Position numbers and translations under genes: made by a program
The notes under the pieces: model-generated
What the model saw: only the letters and a program-made list of their open reading frames with translations
What the model was told of the DNA's origin: nothing
Databases searched by the model: none
Shown: positions 19,958 to 28,179 of the stretch, in pieces
Numbering within the stretch: position 1 is the first letter of the stretch
Layout: the number at the start of each line of letters is the position of its first letter
Virus record (IMG/VR): IMGVR_UViG_3300042904_000196
Span: 10,485-74,484 of that record
Strand: one strand, 5' to 3'
Source: a virus
Length of the DNA stretch: 64,000 bases

Positions 19958-20107
19958 AAGTGATTCCCGGAATCAAAAGTAACCTTTGAAACGCATAAAA
20001 TTCGCATTTGTCAATCTTCGGTTGACGGAATCAAATCAAATTCGCATTTGTCAATTGCGAAATTGCGGAATCGAATCAAACAGTTCAGTACAGCTTGGCC
20101 CTTCACC

Positions 20108-20124
20108 TATACTACGCTCAAAAG
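20108..20124 (-). promoter_or_regulatory. Shared box CTTTTGAGCGTAGTATA, oriented toward the primase operon
   Basis: Reverse complement of TATACTACGCTCAAAAG; same box at 20352 (+) and 57992 (+). Confidence 0.6.
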
Positions 20125-20175
20125 GTGCCTTTTTGCCGCGAAAATCCATAATTCGTAATTATAAAATTAAATTCC

Positions 20176-20253
20176 CCTTACTCTAACCATATTTTCTTTT
20201 TTTTTTTTTTTTTCTAAAAACATAATATAGGTATAATGTCGAGATTCACAATT
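20176..20253. repeat. Copy A of a ~78-bp long-range inverted repeat with T17 tract
   Basis: Reverse complement matches 55038-55114 with only a few differences. Confidence 0.9.
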
Positions 20254-20351
20254 GGGGAGATTGACACGTGCGAATTTGGCCCTCGCGCGCGTGTTCCTTA
20301 TAGGTGGCGGTTTTCCGGAAAATTCTTTTGACCCTATTGGCACGTCAGAGG

Positions 20352-20368
20352 CTTTTGAGCGTACTATA
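20352..20368 (+). promoter_or_regulatory. Shared box CTTTTGAGCGTACTATA upstream of the ParB-1/replication operon
   Basis: Three near-identical copies, each at an operon head. Confidence 0.6.
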
Positions 20369-20461
20369 TAATGCTAGGGGACTATACTGATTGTACTATT
20401 TGATTCGATTCCTTCACTTCTCCGGATTGATTCCGGAATCAGCCCAACGGAGTTACTTTTC

Positions 20462-21424
20462 ATGTCCGAAACCACCAACCTCATTAATGTTCCTGTTGAC
20501 AGCATCATTGAAAGCGAATCTTCCTTGCGTCCCGTGCAACGCGACACCGAAGCCTATCAGGGGCTTGTGGCGTCGATGCGTGAGAAGGGTTTCATCGGGT
20601 CCATCAGCGTGCGTCCCGTGAAGACCATCGTTGACGGTGTCACCGTTGACCGTTACGAAATCCTTGACGGTCTGCACCGCTGGAATGCCGCTCGTGATAC
20701 TGGAATCAAAACGATCCCTTGCTTCGTCAAGCAGATGGACAAGGCAGACGTTCTTGAGTGGCAGATGATGGCGAACTATCACAAGGTTGATACGAAGCCC
20801 GCCGCGTATGCCCAGCAGCTTCAGAAGCTCATTGTTCTGAATCCCGCCCTGACCCTGAACGAAATCGCCACGAAGCTCGGTATGAGCACGGCGACCATCA
20901 TGCAGCGTCTTGACCTGCTCAAGCTTTCTGATTCGATTCAGAAGCTTGTCGATGATGGCAAGATCACCCTGACCAATGCCCACACCCTGAGCAAGCTTCC
21001 CGAAGAGGAACAGGCTGGCTTTGTTGATTTTGCGGTCGGCAAGTCCCCGAAGGAATTCGCGGAGCTTGTCAACAATCGCAAGAAGGAAATCAACGAGGCT
21101 CGCAAGGCGGGCAAGGTTGCCGGTCCCCCGGTGTTTGCTCCCATCTCGATCCTGCGTAAGAAGGATGAACTCGAAACCGAGTTGAACAATCCCATCGTGG
21201 TTATGTCCCTCATTGAAGAGAGCGGCGTCAACACGATCAAGGGTGCGGTTCAGATGGCGATTTCGTATGCCCTTAGCCTCGATCCCCGTACCATTGCCAC
21301 GAAAAAGGCGGAGTGGGAGCAGCGTGAGAAGGATAAGGCAGCCGACGCCGAGAAGCGGAAGACTGAACGTGAGGCCAAGAAAATCAAGGATGCACAGGAA
21401 TTCCTTGCCAAGGCCGGTGTCTAA
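20462..21424 (+). CDS. ParB/Spo0J-family protein (ParB-1)
   Basis: LVASMREKGFIGSISVRP...YEILDGLHRWNAA (GxxR box), followed by HTH LNEIATKLGMSTATIMQRLDLLKL. Confidence 0.88.
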   Translation: MSETTNLINVPVDSIIESESSLRPVQRDTEAYQGLVASMREKGFIGSISVRPVKTIVDGVTVDRYEILDGLHRWNAARDTGIKTIPCFVKQMDKADVLEWQMMANYHKVDTKPAAYAQQLQKLIVLNPALTLNEIATKLGMSTATIMQRLDLLKLSDSIQKLVDDGKITLTNAHTLSKLPEEEQAGFVDFAVGKSPKEFAELVNNRKKEINEARKAGKVAGPPVFAPISILRKKDELETELNNPIVVMSLIEESGVNTIKGAVQMAISYALSLDPRTIATKKAEWEQREKDKAADAEKRKTEREAKKIKDAQEFLAKAGV

Positions 21425-21429
21425 TCTGC

Positions 21430-21461
21430 GGCCCCGGACAGCGATGTCCGGGGCCTATTTT
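21430..21461 (+). terminator. Intrinsic terminator
   Basis: GGCCCCGGACA-GCGA-TGTCCGGGGCC followed by TATTTT. Confidence 0.8.
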
Positions 21462-21504
21462 ACCTATTTTGATTCTGGAATCATTTCATCTCTAAGGAAA
21501 TCAC

Positions 21505-22149
21505 ATGACTGACATTGCTCTCGTTGACCTCGGTGCCCTCGGTTTGCCTAACTCTGAAGAATTTGCTCTTGTTTCGACTGCTGGTGGAGCCTATCTGCCA
21601 CGCCTCCAACTCGGTGGCTCGACATCGGACGCCGTGAAGCAACGCAAAGTGCAGATGGGCAACCACTATCTCGTTGAGAACGATACGCCTACCGATTTGG
21701 GGAGTTCCGTTGATGTTATCGTGTTGGGCTGGATGTCCAAAGCTTTGGACGTTTCTGGTGCCAAGCCGATTTCAAATTTCGATGTCCACAGCGAAGGGTT
21801 CAAGAAAATTCAGGCTAAGTCTGCTGTCAAGGATAGCAACTGCATGTATGGCCCGAGCTATCTGGTGTACATTCCTTCGGTCGGCAAGTTCGCGGAGTAT
21901 TTCATGTCGTCCAAGACGGCACGGAAAGAATCCAAGAATATGCAAGCCCGACTGGGGATGGCCGCTACCCTTAGCTCTGAACTGATTGAAACCACGGAAT
22001 ATTCATGGTTTGGTCCGATTATTCGGCCGTGTTCGACGCCCATTACTCCCCCGAGCAGTGCGGACATCGTATCGGCCAATGAGAAGTTCCAAGCACAGAA
22101 GCAACAGGTTGTGGAAACCGTTGCACCTGCCTCTGACCGCAAACGCTAA
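21505..22149 (+). CDS. Conserved replication-region protein (possible ssDNA-binding protein)
   Basis: AAGGA RBS and its own terminator; LPRLQL...S..V...G pattern. Confidence 0.4.
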   Translation: MTDIALVDLGALGLPNSEEFALVSTAGGAYLPRLQLGGSTSDAVKQRKVQMGNHYLVENDTPTDLGSSVDVIVLGWMSKALDVSGAKPISNFDVHSEGFKKIQAKSAVKDSNCMYGPSYLVYIPSVGKFAEYFMSSKTARKESKNMQARLGMAATLSSELIETTEYSWFGPIIRPCSTPITPPSSADIVSANEKFQAQKQQVVETVAPASDRKR

Positions 22150-22155
22150 TCACCT

Positions 22156-22192
22156 TGTCGGTAGCCGCTTAACCAGCGGCTACCGGCATTTT
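22156..22192 (+). terminator. Intrinsic terminator
   Basis: TGTCGGTAGCCGCT-TAACC-AGCGGCTACCGGCA followed by TTTT. Confidence 0.8.
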
Positions 22193-22202
22193 AGGAGAAA
22201 TC

Positions 22203-22553
22203 ATGCTTTCTGACCTTATCGGCAAGACATTCACTAAGATTGAGAATTTGGGTGATCGCCTTATCTTCCATACTGATTCCGGAATCAAGTACGAAATGTA
22301 CCATGAGCAAGACTGTTGTGAGCAAGTCTCCCTAGAAGATATCGCGGGCGATTTGGACGACCTGATCGGTGTGCCCATTGTGAGGGCCGAAGAATCGTGT
22401 AAGGAAGACCCGGCTGGCCCGGATAGCTGTAGCATGTGGACGTTTTACCTGTTTGCTACGTCCAAAGGTTACGTAACCTTGAGGTGGTACGGCCACTCTA
22501 ACGGTTACTATGGCGTGGGTGTTAGTCTTAAAAGGATGGAGTATGGAACCTGA
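22203..22553 (+). CDS. Conserved phage hypothetical protein
   Basis: HEQDCCE...TFY...GYVTLRWYGHSNGYY, a pattern recalled from phage proteins; AGGAG RBS. Confidence 0.7.
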   Translation: MLSDLIGKTFTKIENLGDRLIFHTDSGIKYEMYHEQDCCEQVSLEDIAGDLDDLIGVPIVRAEESCKEDPAGPDSCSMWTFYLFATSKGYVTLRWYGHSNGYYGVGVSLKRMEYGT

Positions 22554-23067
22554 TGTCGTTTTACTAAGCGTGCCTAATGTGGACTGGCCTGCCCTGATAC
22601 GATTGACAAATCTAGCGGTCAACCCACCTATACGCCGCTTAGACGCCATGCAGGTTGCCCCCGGTAACGTAAAAAGCTTCCTTTTGATTCTGGCATCAAT
22701 CGCCCATCCAAGGGTACAGAATCCCGTGGAGCTACTTAGGAAGAGTGAGATGCTCCGGGGACACGTAGGTTTTACCTTTGGAGTAAGCTGTTCACTTGAA
22801 ACATACGAAGGGTTACTCAACATAAGCCACCCACCGTTGACCAGCACCGATTCTGTTAATGGTGGTAAGCTTTGTATTATGACCGGTTCCTTACAGGACT
22901 GGTACCACTTCTCGCTATCAGCATGTACCCACGATAATTGTTACGAAATCCGCAAGATAGGTTCCAAGGTAGTGTTCTTCCTAGAGAGTGCGGGTTTCGG
23001 TGTCATATGGAACGGCTTACGTAAAACAGGGCTACCGGATACATCATTCATTTTGGAGTCGGCATGA
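22543..23067 (+). CDS. Degenerate ThyX-fold protein (tentative)
   Basis: HVGFTFGVSCS and IMTGSLQDWYHF...YEIRKIG resemble ThyX, but the RHR motif is absent. Confidence 0.4.
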   Translation: MEPDVVLLSVPNVDWPALIRLTNLAVNPPIRRLDAMQVAPGNVKSFLLILASIAHPRVQNPVELLRKSEMLRGHVGFTFGVSCSLETYEGLLNISHPPLTSTDSVNGGKLCIMTGSLQDWYHFSLSACTHDNCYEIRKIGSKVVFFLESAGFGVIWNGLRKTGLPDTSFILESA

Positions 23068-25121
23068 TTAAGGTTGTCAAGCTAACAGTTGGAAATCAAC
23101 GCAAGGAGGGCAAGCTCCACTTTATCGACGGTCGCATTTATATGGACTTCGGTTATTGGCCTGCCCTGAACGACGAAATCAAATCGGGGTTCGAGGGGAG
23201 GAAGTACCATGGCTACGATGAGAACAACCCCAAGAAATGGTGGTCATTCCCAATTTCTCAGCGGAACCTTTTTGCACTTTCGTACCTGCTCGGGCAGAAT
23301 CCTTACAAAGTGTATGAAATGCCATTTGTTCCTTTTGAGCCTACACGCAAGGTGTACAAGCATCAGAAGGAAATGTCACAACACTGGCTGACCGTCAAAA
23401 AGGCTATATGGGCCGTGGAGATGGGTGCCGGTAAAACTCTTGCAGCCCTCGAAGCTTCGGAACACATTTTTGATTCCGAAATCAAATCGAAGACCTATCA
23501 CAAAGGTATGTTCTTTTGGGTCGCTCCGCGTTCAGCTTTGATGAGCGTTGAGATTGAGTTCGAGAAGTGGAAGTCACCGATACGTCCAACATTCTTAACC
23601 TACGAAGGCTTGGTGAAGCTTACCAAGAATTGGATATCTGGTGAACCCGCTCCTAGGGTTGTTGTGTTCGATGAATCATCCTACCTTAAAACTCATTCCG
23701 CACAACGTTCCAGTGCCGCACAGTTTCTCGCTGATGCTGTCCGCAGTGAACACAAGGAGAACGGTCATATTCTCCTGATGTCAGGCACACCAGCACCCAA
23801 GAGCCCGAAAGACTGGTGGAACCAGTGCGAGGTCGCTTGTCCCGGTTATCTGAAAGAGCCGGACATCTTTAAGTTCGAGAAACGGCTTGCCATCATCGAT
23901 GAAAAGGAAAACCCCGTCACAGGTGGCAAGTATCCGCACCTTGTAGCATGGAGAGATTCCACGGAACGTTGCAACATCTGCGGCGAGATGAATACCCATC
24001 CTGTGCACACCCCGCCCAAGGATGATTATGCTGCTCTTGTGGAGAACAAAAACTATCATGTTTTTGAAGCTTGCAAGAATGAAGTGGCCGACCTGTACGA
24101 GCGTATGCGTGGCCTTGTCATGGTGAAGTTCAAGAAAGATTGTCTTGACCTGCCTGACAAGCGTTACGAGCTTATCCGGGTTACACCTACACCCTCTACA
24201 CTGCGTGCCGCGAAGCTTATCGCTAAGACGCAACCAACGGCTATCCGTGTTCTCACAATGCTTAGGGAGTTATCCGATGGGTTCCAGTACGCGGACACCG
24301 TTAGCGGAAGCCACGATTGTCCTACATGTAACGGTACCGGGCAAGCAACACTTTATGTCGATAGTGAAGGCAATCCCATCACTAACGAGACAGCAAACGA
24401 AGATGTTGCTACGTGCATTGACAAAATTACCTGCGGCTGGTCTGGTCTCCTTTCTGATTCTGGAATCAATCAAGGAGAACGATGCTGCCCTAACTGCGGG
24501 TCTCCTGTCCATCTTACGACAGTCTCACAAGTTAGAAATGTCCAAGGCACATGCCCGGAGTGCAATGGCGAAAAGACTGTCCCAACAATTGTCCGCTCCA
24601 CGAAGGAAGTCGAGTCGCCAAAAGACGCGGTCTTCAAAGACCTCTTAGACCGGCACAGTGACGTTGGACGTTTCGTTACATTCGGTGGCTTTACAGGCAC
24701 CATTGATCGCCTTGTACGCATCGCCCTTAGTGAACAGTGGAACGTGATCCGTGTGGATGGTCGCGGCTGGCACACGTTCGCAGTGGGCGGAGGCTGTATG
24801 ACGGGTAAGCCTTTGGATATATTCCAGAATCAACTGGAGAAATATCCTAGGGTAGTCTTCATCGCTCACCCCAAGACTGCTTCAACAGGCCTGACGCTCA
24901 CCGCTTCGCCCGGAATCTTGTATTACAGTAATGACTTCAATGCCCAAGACCGGATTCAGTCTGAAGATCGTATCCACAGACCGGGCATGGACCTGAATCG
25001 TGGTGCTACGATTTACGATATTGTGCATCTGCCAACAGATGAGTTAATTTTGAATAATCTGAAGAAGAAACGTGAACTCCAATCGATATCCCTTGGAGAG
25101 TTCCAAGCTGTTTTAGGTTAG
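23064..25121 (+). CDS. SNF2-family helicase with Zn-finger insertions
   Basis: EMGAGKT, VFDES, MSGTP, GLTLT, QSEDRIHRPG; CxxCxGxG inserts. Confidence 0.9.
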   Translation: MIKVVKLTVGNQRKEGKLHFIDGRIYMDFGYWPALNDEIKSGFEGRKYHGYDENNPKKWWSFPISQRNLFALSYLLGQNPYKVYEMPFVPFEPTRKVYKHQKEMSQHWLTVKKAIWAVEMGAGKTLAALEASEHIFDSEIKSKTYHKGMFFWVAPRSALMSVEIEFEKWKSPIRPTFLTYEGLVKLTKNWISGEPAPRVVVFDESSYLKTHSAQRSSAAQFLADAVRSEHKENGHILLMSGTPAPKSPKDWWNQCEVACPGYLKEPDIFKFEKRLAIIDEKENPVTGGKYPHLVAWRDSTERCNICGEMNTHPVHTPPKDDYAALVENKNYHVFEACKNEVADLYERMRGLVMVKFKKDCLDLPDKRYELIRVTPTPSTLRAAKLIAKTQPTAIRVLTMLRELSDGFQYADTVSGSHDCPTCNGTGQATLYVDSEGNPITNETANEDVATCIDKITCGWSGLLSDSGINQGERCCPNCGSPVHLTTVSQVRNVQGTCPECNGEKTVPTIVRSTKEVESPKDAVFKDLLDRHSDVGRFVTFGGFTGTIDRLVRIALSEQWNVIRVDGRGWHTFAVGGGCMTGKPLDIFQNQLEKYPRVVFIAHPKTASTGLTLTASPGILYYSNDFNAQDRIQSEDRIHRPGMDLNRGATIYDIVHLPTDELILNNLKKKRELQSISLGEFQAVLG

Positions 25122-25130
25122 GGTGAATAC

Positions 25131-25649
25131 ATGCGAAACAACGTGACCTACTTCGCCTACAAAATGACCAAAAGATACCGTGGAACGGTTATCGAGCGTG
25201 AAGACTTCGAGCAGGAAGGCCAGATGGCCCTCCTTAAATCGAAAGAAAAATTTGATCCTGAGCGTGAAGCTACGCTTGAGACGTTTGCACAGCGGCGTGT
25301 GAAGGGTGCCATGTTGGACCTGTTACGTCGCTGGGACCATATCAAACGGCATCAGCGAGCCAAGTCCAAGCTTTCGGGTGAAACACTTCCTACCGTGAGT
25401 GTTCTACGGGAGGACGATGAAGTCCCCGGTGACGAGGATATTATTGTTAATGATTTTGATATCATGTTACGCGGCCTCAAACGGGACGAGAAACTTGCTG
25501 TCAAATTACACTTCATAGAAAACATGAACCACGCTGAGGTAGCCAAAGTTATTGGCTGTTCACCGTGCGGAGCATTTTTCATTTTCAAGCAGGCTATGCG
25601 ATTTTTGAAGGAACGTTATGCACCTAGCACCGATAGACAGCCTCAATAA
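25131..25649 (+). CDS. RNA polymerase sigma-70 family factor (FliA/WhiG-like)
   Basis: Region 2 EDFEQEGQMALL...FDPER...FAQRRVKGAMLDLLR; region 4 HTH HAEVAKVIG. Confidence 0.85.
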   Translation: MRNNVTYFAYKMTKRYRGTVIEREDFEQEGQMALLKSKEKFDPEREATLETFAQRRVKGAMLDLLRRWDHIKRHQRAKSKLSGETLPTVSVLREDDEVPGDEDIIVNDFDIMLRGLKRDEKLAVKLHFIENMNHAEVAKVIGCSPCGAFFIFKQAMRFLKERYAPSTDRQPQ

Positions 25650-26943
25650 TGGAGTTAATGCCACCCAAGCTATTGTAGCCGATTCTTCAGGCAAAGGCAG
25701 AGGGGTGACGTTTCAACGCTACTCTACACGGATTATGAAAACCCTCGTAGAAACCCTTTATGTTGTTGAAGACATCTACGTAACCATTAAGGCGTACAGC
25801 AATGGTAACATGATCTTCAACATACAGAATGGATTCCGGAATCATTTGAGGCAAATTGACTTCAGACTCCAAGAGGTCTACATTCAAGGTGAAACTAACA
25901 TCCACCATCCTGTGAACGGTGGAGCCACCTATCAGTTGCCCTCAGATGTTTGGGAACCCGGTAACGCGGCCCTGTGGCCGATAACAGCTTTCAGTCCTAT
26001 ACTGACGGTCTGGAATAGTATGGGCACCTATGCTCTTACGTACTTCAATGATGCCTTGGTGCCTGTTGGTGCTTACTGGTTTTCGGGTCCCGGTGCTTTT
26101 AATCCCTTCCTACGTTACAAGGTGGACCTGCTACCGGGGGAATCCATCACGTTAACTGCCACCGCCAAGGTGACCACAGGCGGGCGTGAGGCCCACTGGC
26201 AAGCCTACCGTAAGACCTTAGCAGCTTTCATGGAAAAGCTTGGTGTGCCCGAGGCCGTAGGCAAGATCAAAGGAACCACAATCAGTGATGATTGGTCCCC
26301 TTACCTTGCTACGAAGCTTCAAAGAGTCGTTGATTCCGGAATCAAATCCTTCATAATGTGGGCTCCGGGTGACGACTACAGCGAGCTATATAATCCTTAC
26401 CCTCCATCGCTTCCTTGGTATAAGACATTCTATAAGCCAGAGGGTTTGGATGTTTTCGGTGTGCTGCTTAATCCGAACATAACACCCTTCATACTTTGTG
26501 ATGAACTTTTCATAAAGGGTGGTTACACTGAGATGGGTTCTGTAAGACCCTATACCAATTTCTATGTTAATCCCATGCATCCCAAGAACATTGCATTTGT
26601 TGACAGTCTACTAAGTGACCTTGAGAGTCGCGGTGTTAATCTGGCATTTTGGGATATGGGTAATGGGCCTGACCATTACAAAGGTATGGTGTGGGTTTCA
26701 ATACTCTTACATGCCCGATCCAAGGGCATAGCGTTCATGTGTGAAACATCCAACGATATTGCAGCTTGGATAACCGGATACTATCTTGAGTGGCCGCCTG
26801 ACGAGCTAAGTAACACCATGATCCGGGCGATATGTCCCAAGGCAAGTATCTGTACTATCGTAAAGGGTACGTGGCCTCCGTTCAGTTACCTATACGATGC
26901 GGACCCCATTATTGATTACGAGGATTACTTTGGACAAGGTTAA
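25618..26943 (+). CDS. Hypothetical protein, possible glycoside hydrolase-like TIM barrel
   Basis: NPMHP...LESRGVNLAFWDMG resembles the clan GH-D nucleophile strand; aromatic-rich. Confidence 0.35.
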   Translation: MHLAPIDSLNNGVNATQAIVADSSGKGRGVTFQRYSTRIMKTLVETLYVVEDIYVTIKAYSNGNMIFNIQNGFRNHLRQIDFRLQEVYIQGETNIHHPVNGGATYQLPSDVWEPGNAALWPITAFSPILTVWNSMGTYALTYFNDALVPVGAYWFSGPGAFNPFLRYKVDLLPGESITLTATAKVTTGGREAHWQAYRKTLAAFMEKLGVPEAVGKIKGTTISDDWSPYLATKLQRVVDSGIKSFIMWAPGDDYSELYNPYPPSLPWYKTFYKPEGLDVFGVLLNPNITPFILCDELFIKGGYTEMGSVRPYTNFYVNPMHPKNIAFVDSLLSDLESRGVNLAFWDMGNGPDHYKGMVWVSILLHARSKGIAFMCETSNDIAAWITGYYLEWPPDELSNTMIRAICPKASICTIVKGTWPPFSYLYDADPIIDYEDYFGQG

Positions 26944-27196
26944 GGCTGCTCAGGTAGCCAAATGCATCGAGAAAGTGTTTCCTGAATTGCGGGTAGTGAT
27001 TATGGTCCAACCCCAAGGGGTAGGCGGACCGATGGTTATTATCCATGGTGGTGGCAAAGGTTATTCCTTTGCAATACGAGTTAAGTTGAATGATTTTGAA
27101 CGATTACCGCCAAAGGCGGTTGCTGAAGCGTTCATAGAAAAGTTGACCCAAGTGCAAAGGGAAAAGAAACATGGGACCGTTCTTCGAAGAAGATGA
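26897..27196 (+). CDS. Hypothetical protein
   Basis: ORF filling the gap in the operon. Confidence 0.5.
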   Translation: MRTPLLITRITLDKVKAAQVAKCIEKVFPELRVVIMVQPQGVGGPMVIIHGGGKGYSFAIRVKLNDFERLPPKAVAEAFIEKLTQVQREKKHGTVLRRR

Positions 27197-27317
27197 CGAG
27201 CTTTTCGACACTGGCGAATTCACCGATCCTGCTTTAGGTGAAGATTTTGAGGATGATGAAGAGGATTTTGATGAATTTGATGAAGATGATATTGATGATG
27301 AAGAGTTCGAGTTCTAA
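27171..27317 (+). CDS. 48-aa hyper-acidic peptide (candidate DNA mimic)
   Basis: MGPFFEEDDELFDTGEFTDPALGEDFEDDEEDFDEFDEDDIDDEEFEF; 27 D/E, 9 F, no K/R. Confidence 0.6.
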   Translation: MGPFFEEDDELFDTGEFTDPALGEDFEDDEEDFDEFDEDDIDDEEFEF

Positions 27318-27331
27318 CCCAAGGGAAACCA

Positions 27332-28171
27332 ATGAGCAACGCTACTATCGCCACCATGAACATTCCTATCGCCGATATTGACATCGACGATAATTTCAAT
27401 TGCCGCGGTAAGCTGCTTCCGATTGATGTCGAGGAGCTTGCGAAAGACATTCAGGCGAATGGGCAACATCAGCCTGTTGTCGTGATGCCTTACAATGAGT
27501 CCGAGAAGCTTATCAAAGGCAAGAGTTACAAACTCCTTGCGGGCTTCCGGCGTACCTACGCTCATATCATTCTGAAGTTGCCGACCGTGTTGGCAGTTGT
27601 CAAGAATCACATGAGTGATATCGAAGCACGCCTATTGAATTTGTCTGAAAATCTGAAGCGTGAAGACCTGAACATTCTCCAAGAGGCCAAAGCTCTTGAA
27701 GCGCTTATGTATGCTGGCGTACCCCGTGAAGAGGTCGCCCGTAGGGTAGGTAAATCGGGCGGCTGGGTTCAGGCACGCTGGGCATTGCTCACGCTTCCCA
27801 AGGATATTCAGGATGTTGCGGCTGCCGGTCTGCTTAATCAGTATCAACTGAAGCGGTTAGCAGGTATCCGCAAGCCCGAGGAACTGTATGCTACGGTGAA
27901 GCAGATTAAGACACGGCTTGCCAATGCACAGAGCTTGAACATCATCCAACGTAAGCCGCCCAAGAAACACGAGAAAAAGAAACGCACGACGACCGAGATT
28001 GCGAACATGCGTAACTATATCTTGGACAACATCGGTTCTAATCCTTATTCTCGTGCTTTGGCGTGGGCTGCCGGTGGCACCTCCGACAAGGAACTGGAAG
28101 ACGCTATCCGTGAAACGCATCCGGCATTTGTGATTCCGGAACCAAAAGAGGTCGAACTAACCCACGAGTAA
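27332..28171 (+). CDS. ParB/Spo0J-family protein (ParB-2)
   Basis: FNCR...ELAKDIQANGQHQPVVV...YKLLAGFRRTYA, ENLKREDL, HTH REEVARRVGKSGGWVQAR. Confidence 0.9.
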   Translation: MSNATIATMNIPIADIDIDDNFNCRGKLLPIDVEELAKDIQANGQHQPVVVMPYNESEKLIKGKSYKLLAGFRRTYAHIILKLPTVLAVVKNHMSDIEARLLNLSENLKREDLNILQEAKALEALMYAGVPREEVARRVGKSGGWVQARWALLTLPKDIQDVAAAGLLNQYQLKRLAGIRKPEELYATVKQIKTRLANAQSLNIIQRKPPKKHEKKKRTTTEIANMRNYILDNIGSNPYSRALAWAAGGTSDKELEDAIRETHPAFVIPEPKEVELTHE

Positions 28172-28179
28172 GGGTAAGA

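Noticed and set aside
20261-20290. Sigma70 promoter at TTGACA 20261
   Set aside because: No -10 element at 16-18 bp spacing
24290-24600. Intein in the helicase or polymerase
   Set aside because: Inserts are short and Cys-rich, lacking intein N-terminal and His-Asn C-terminal splice motifs
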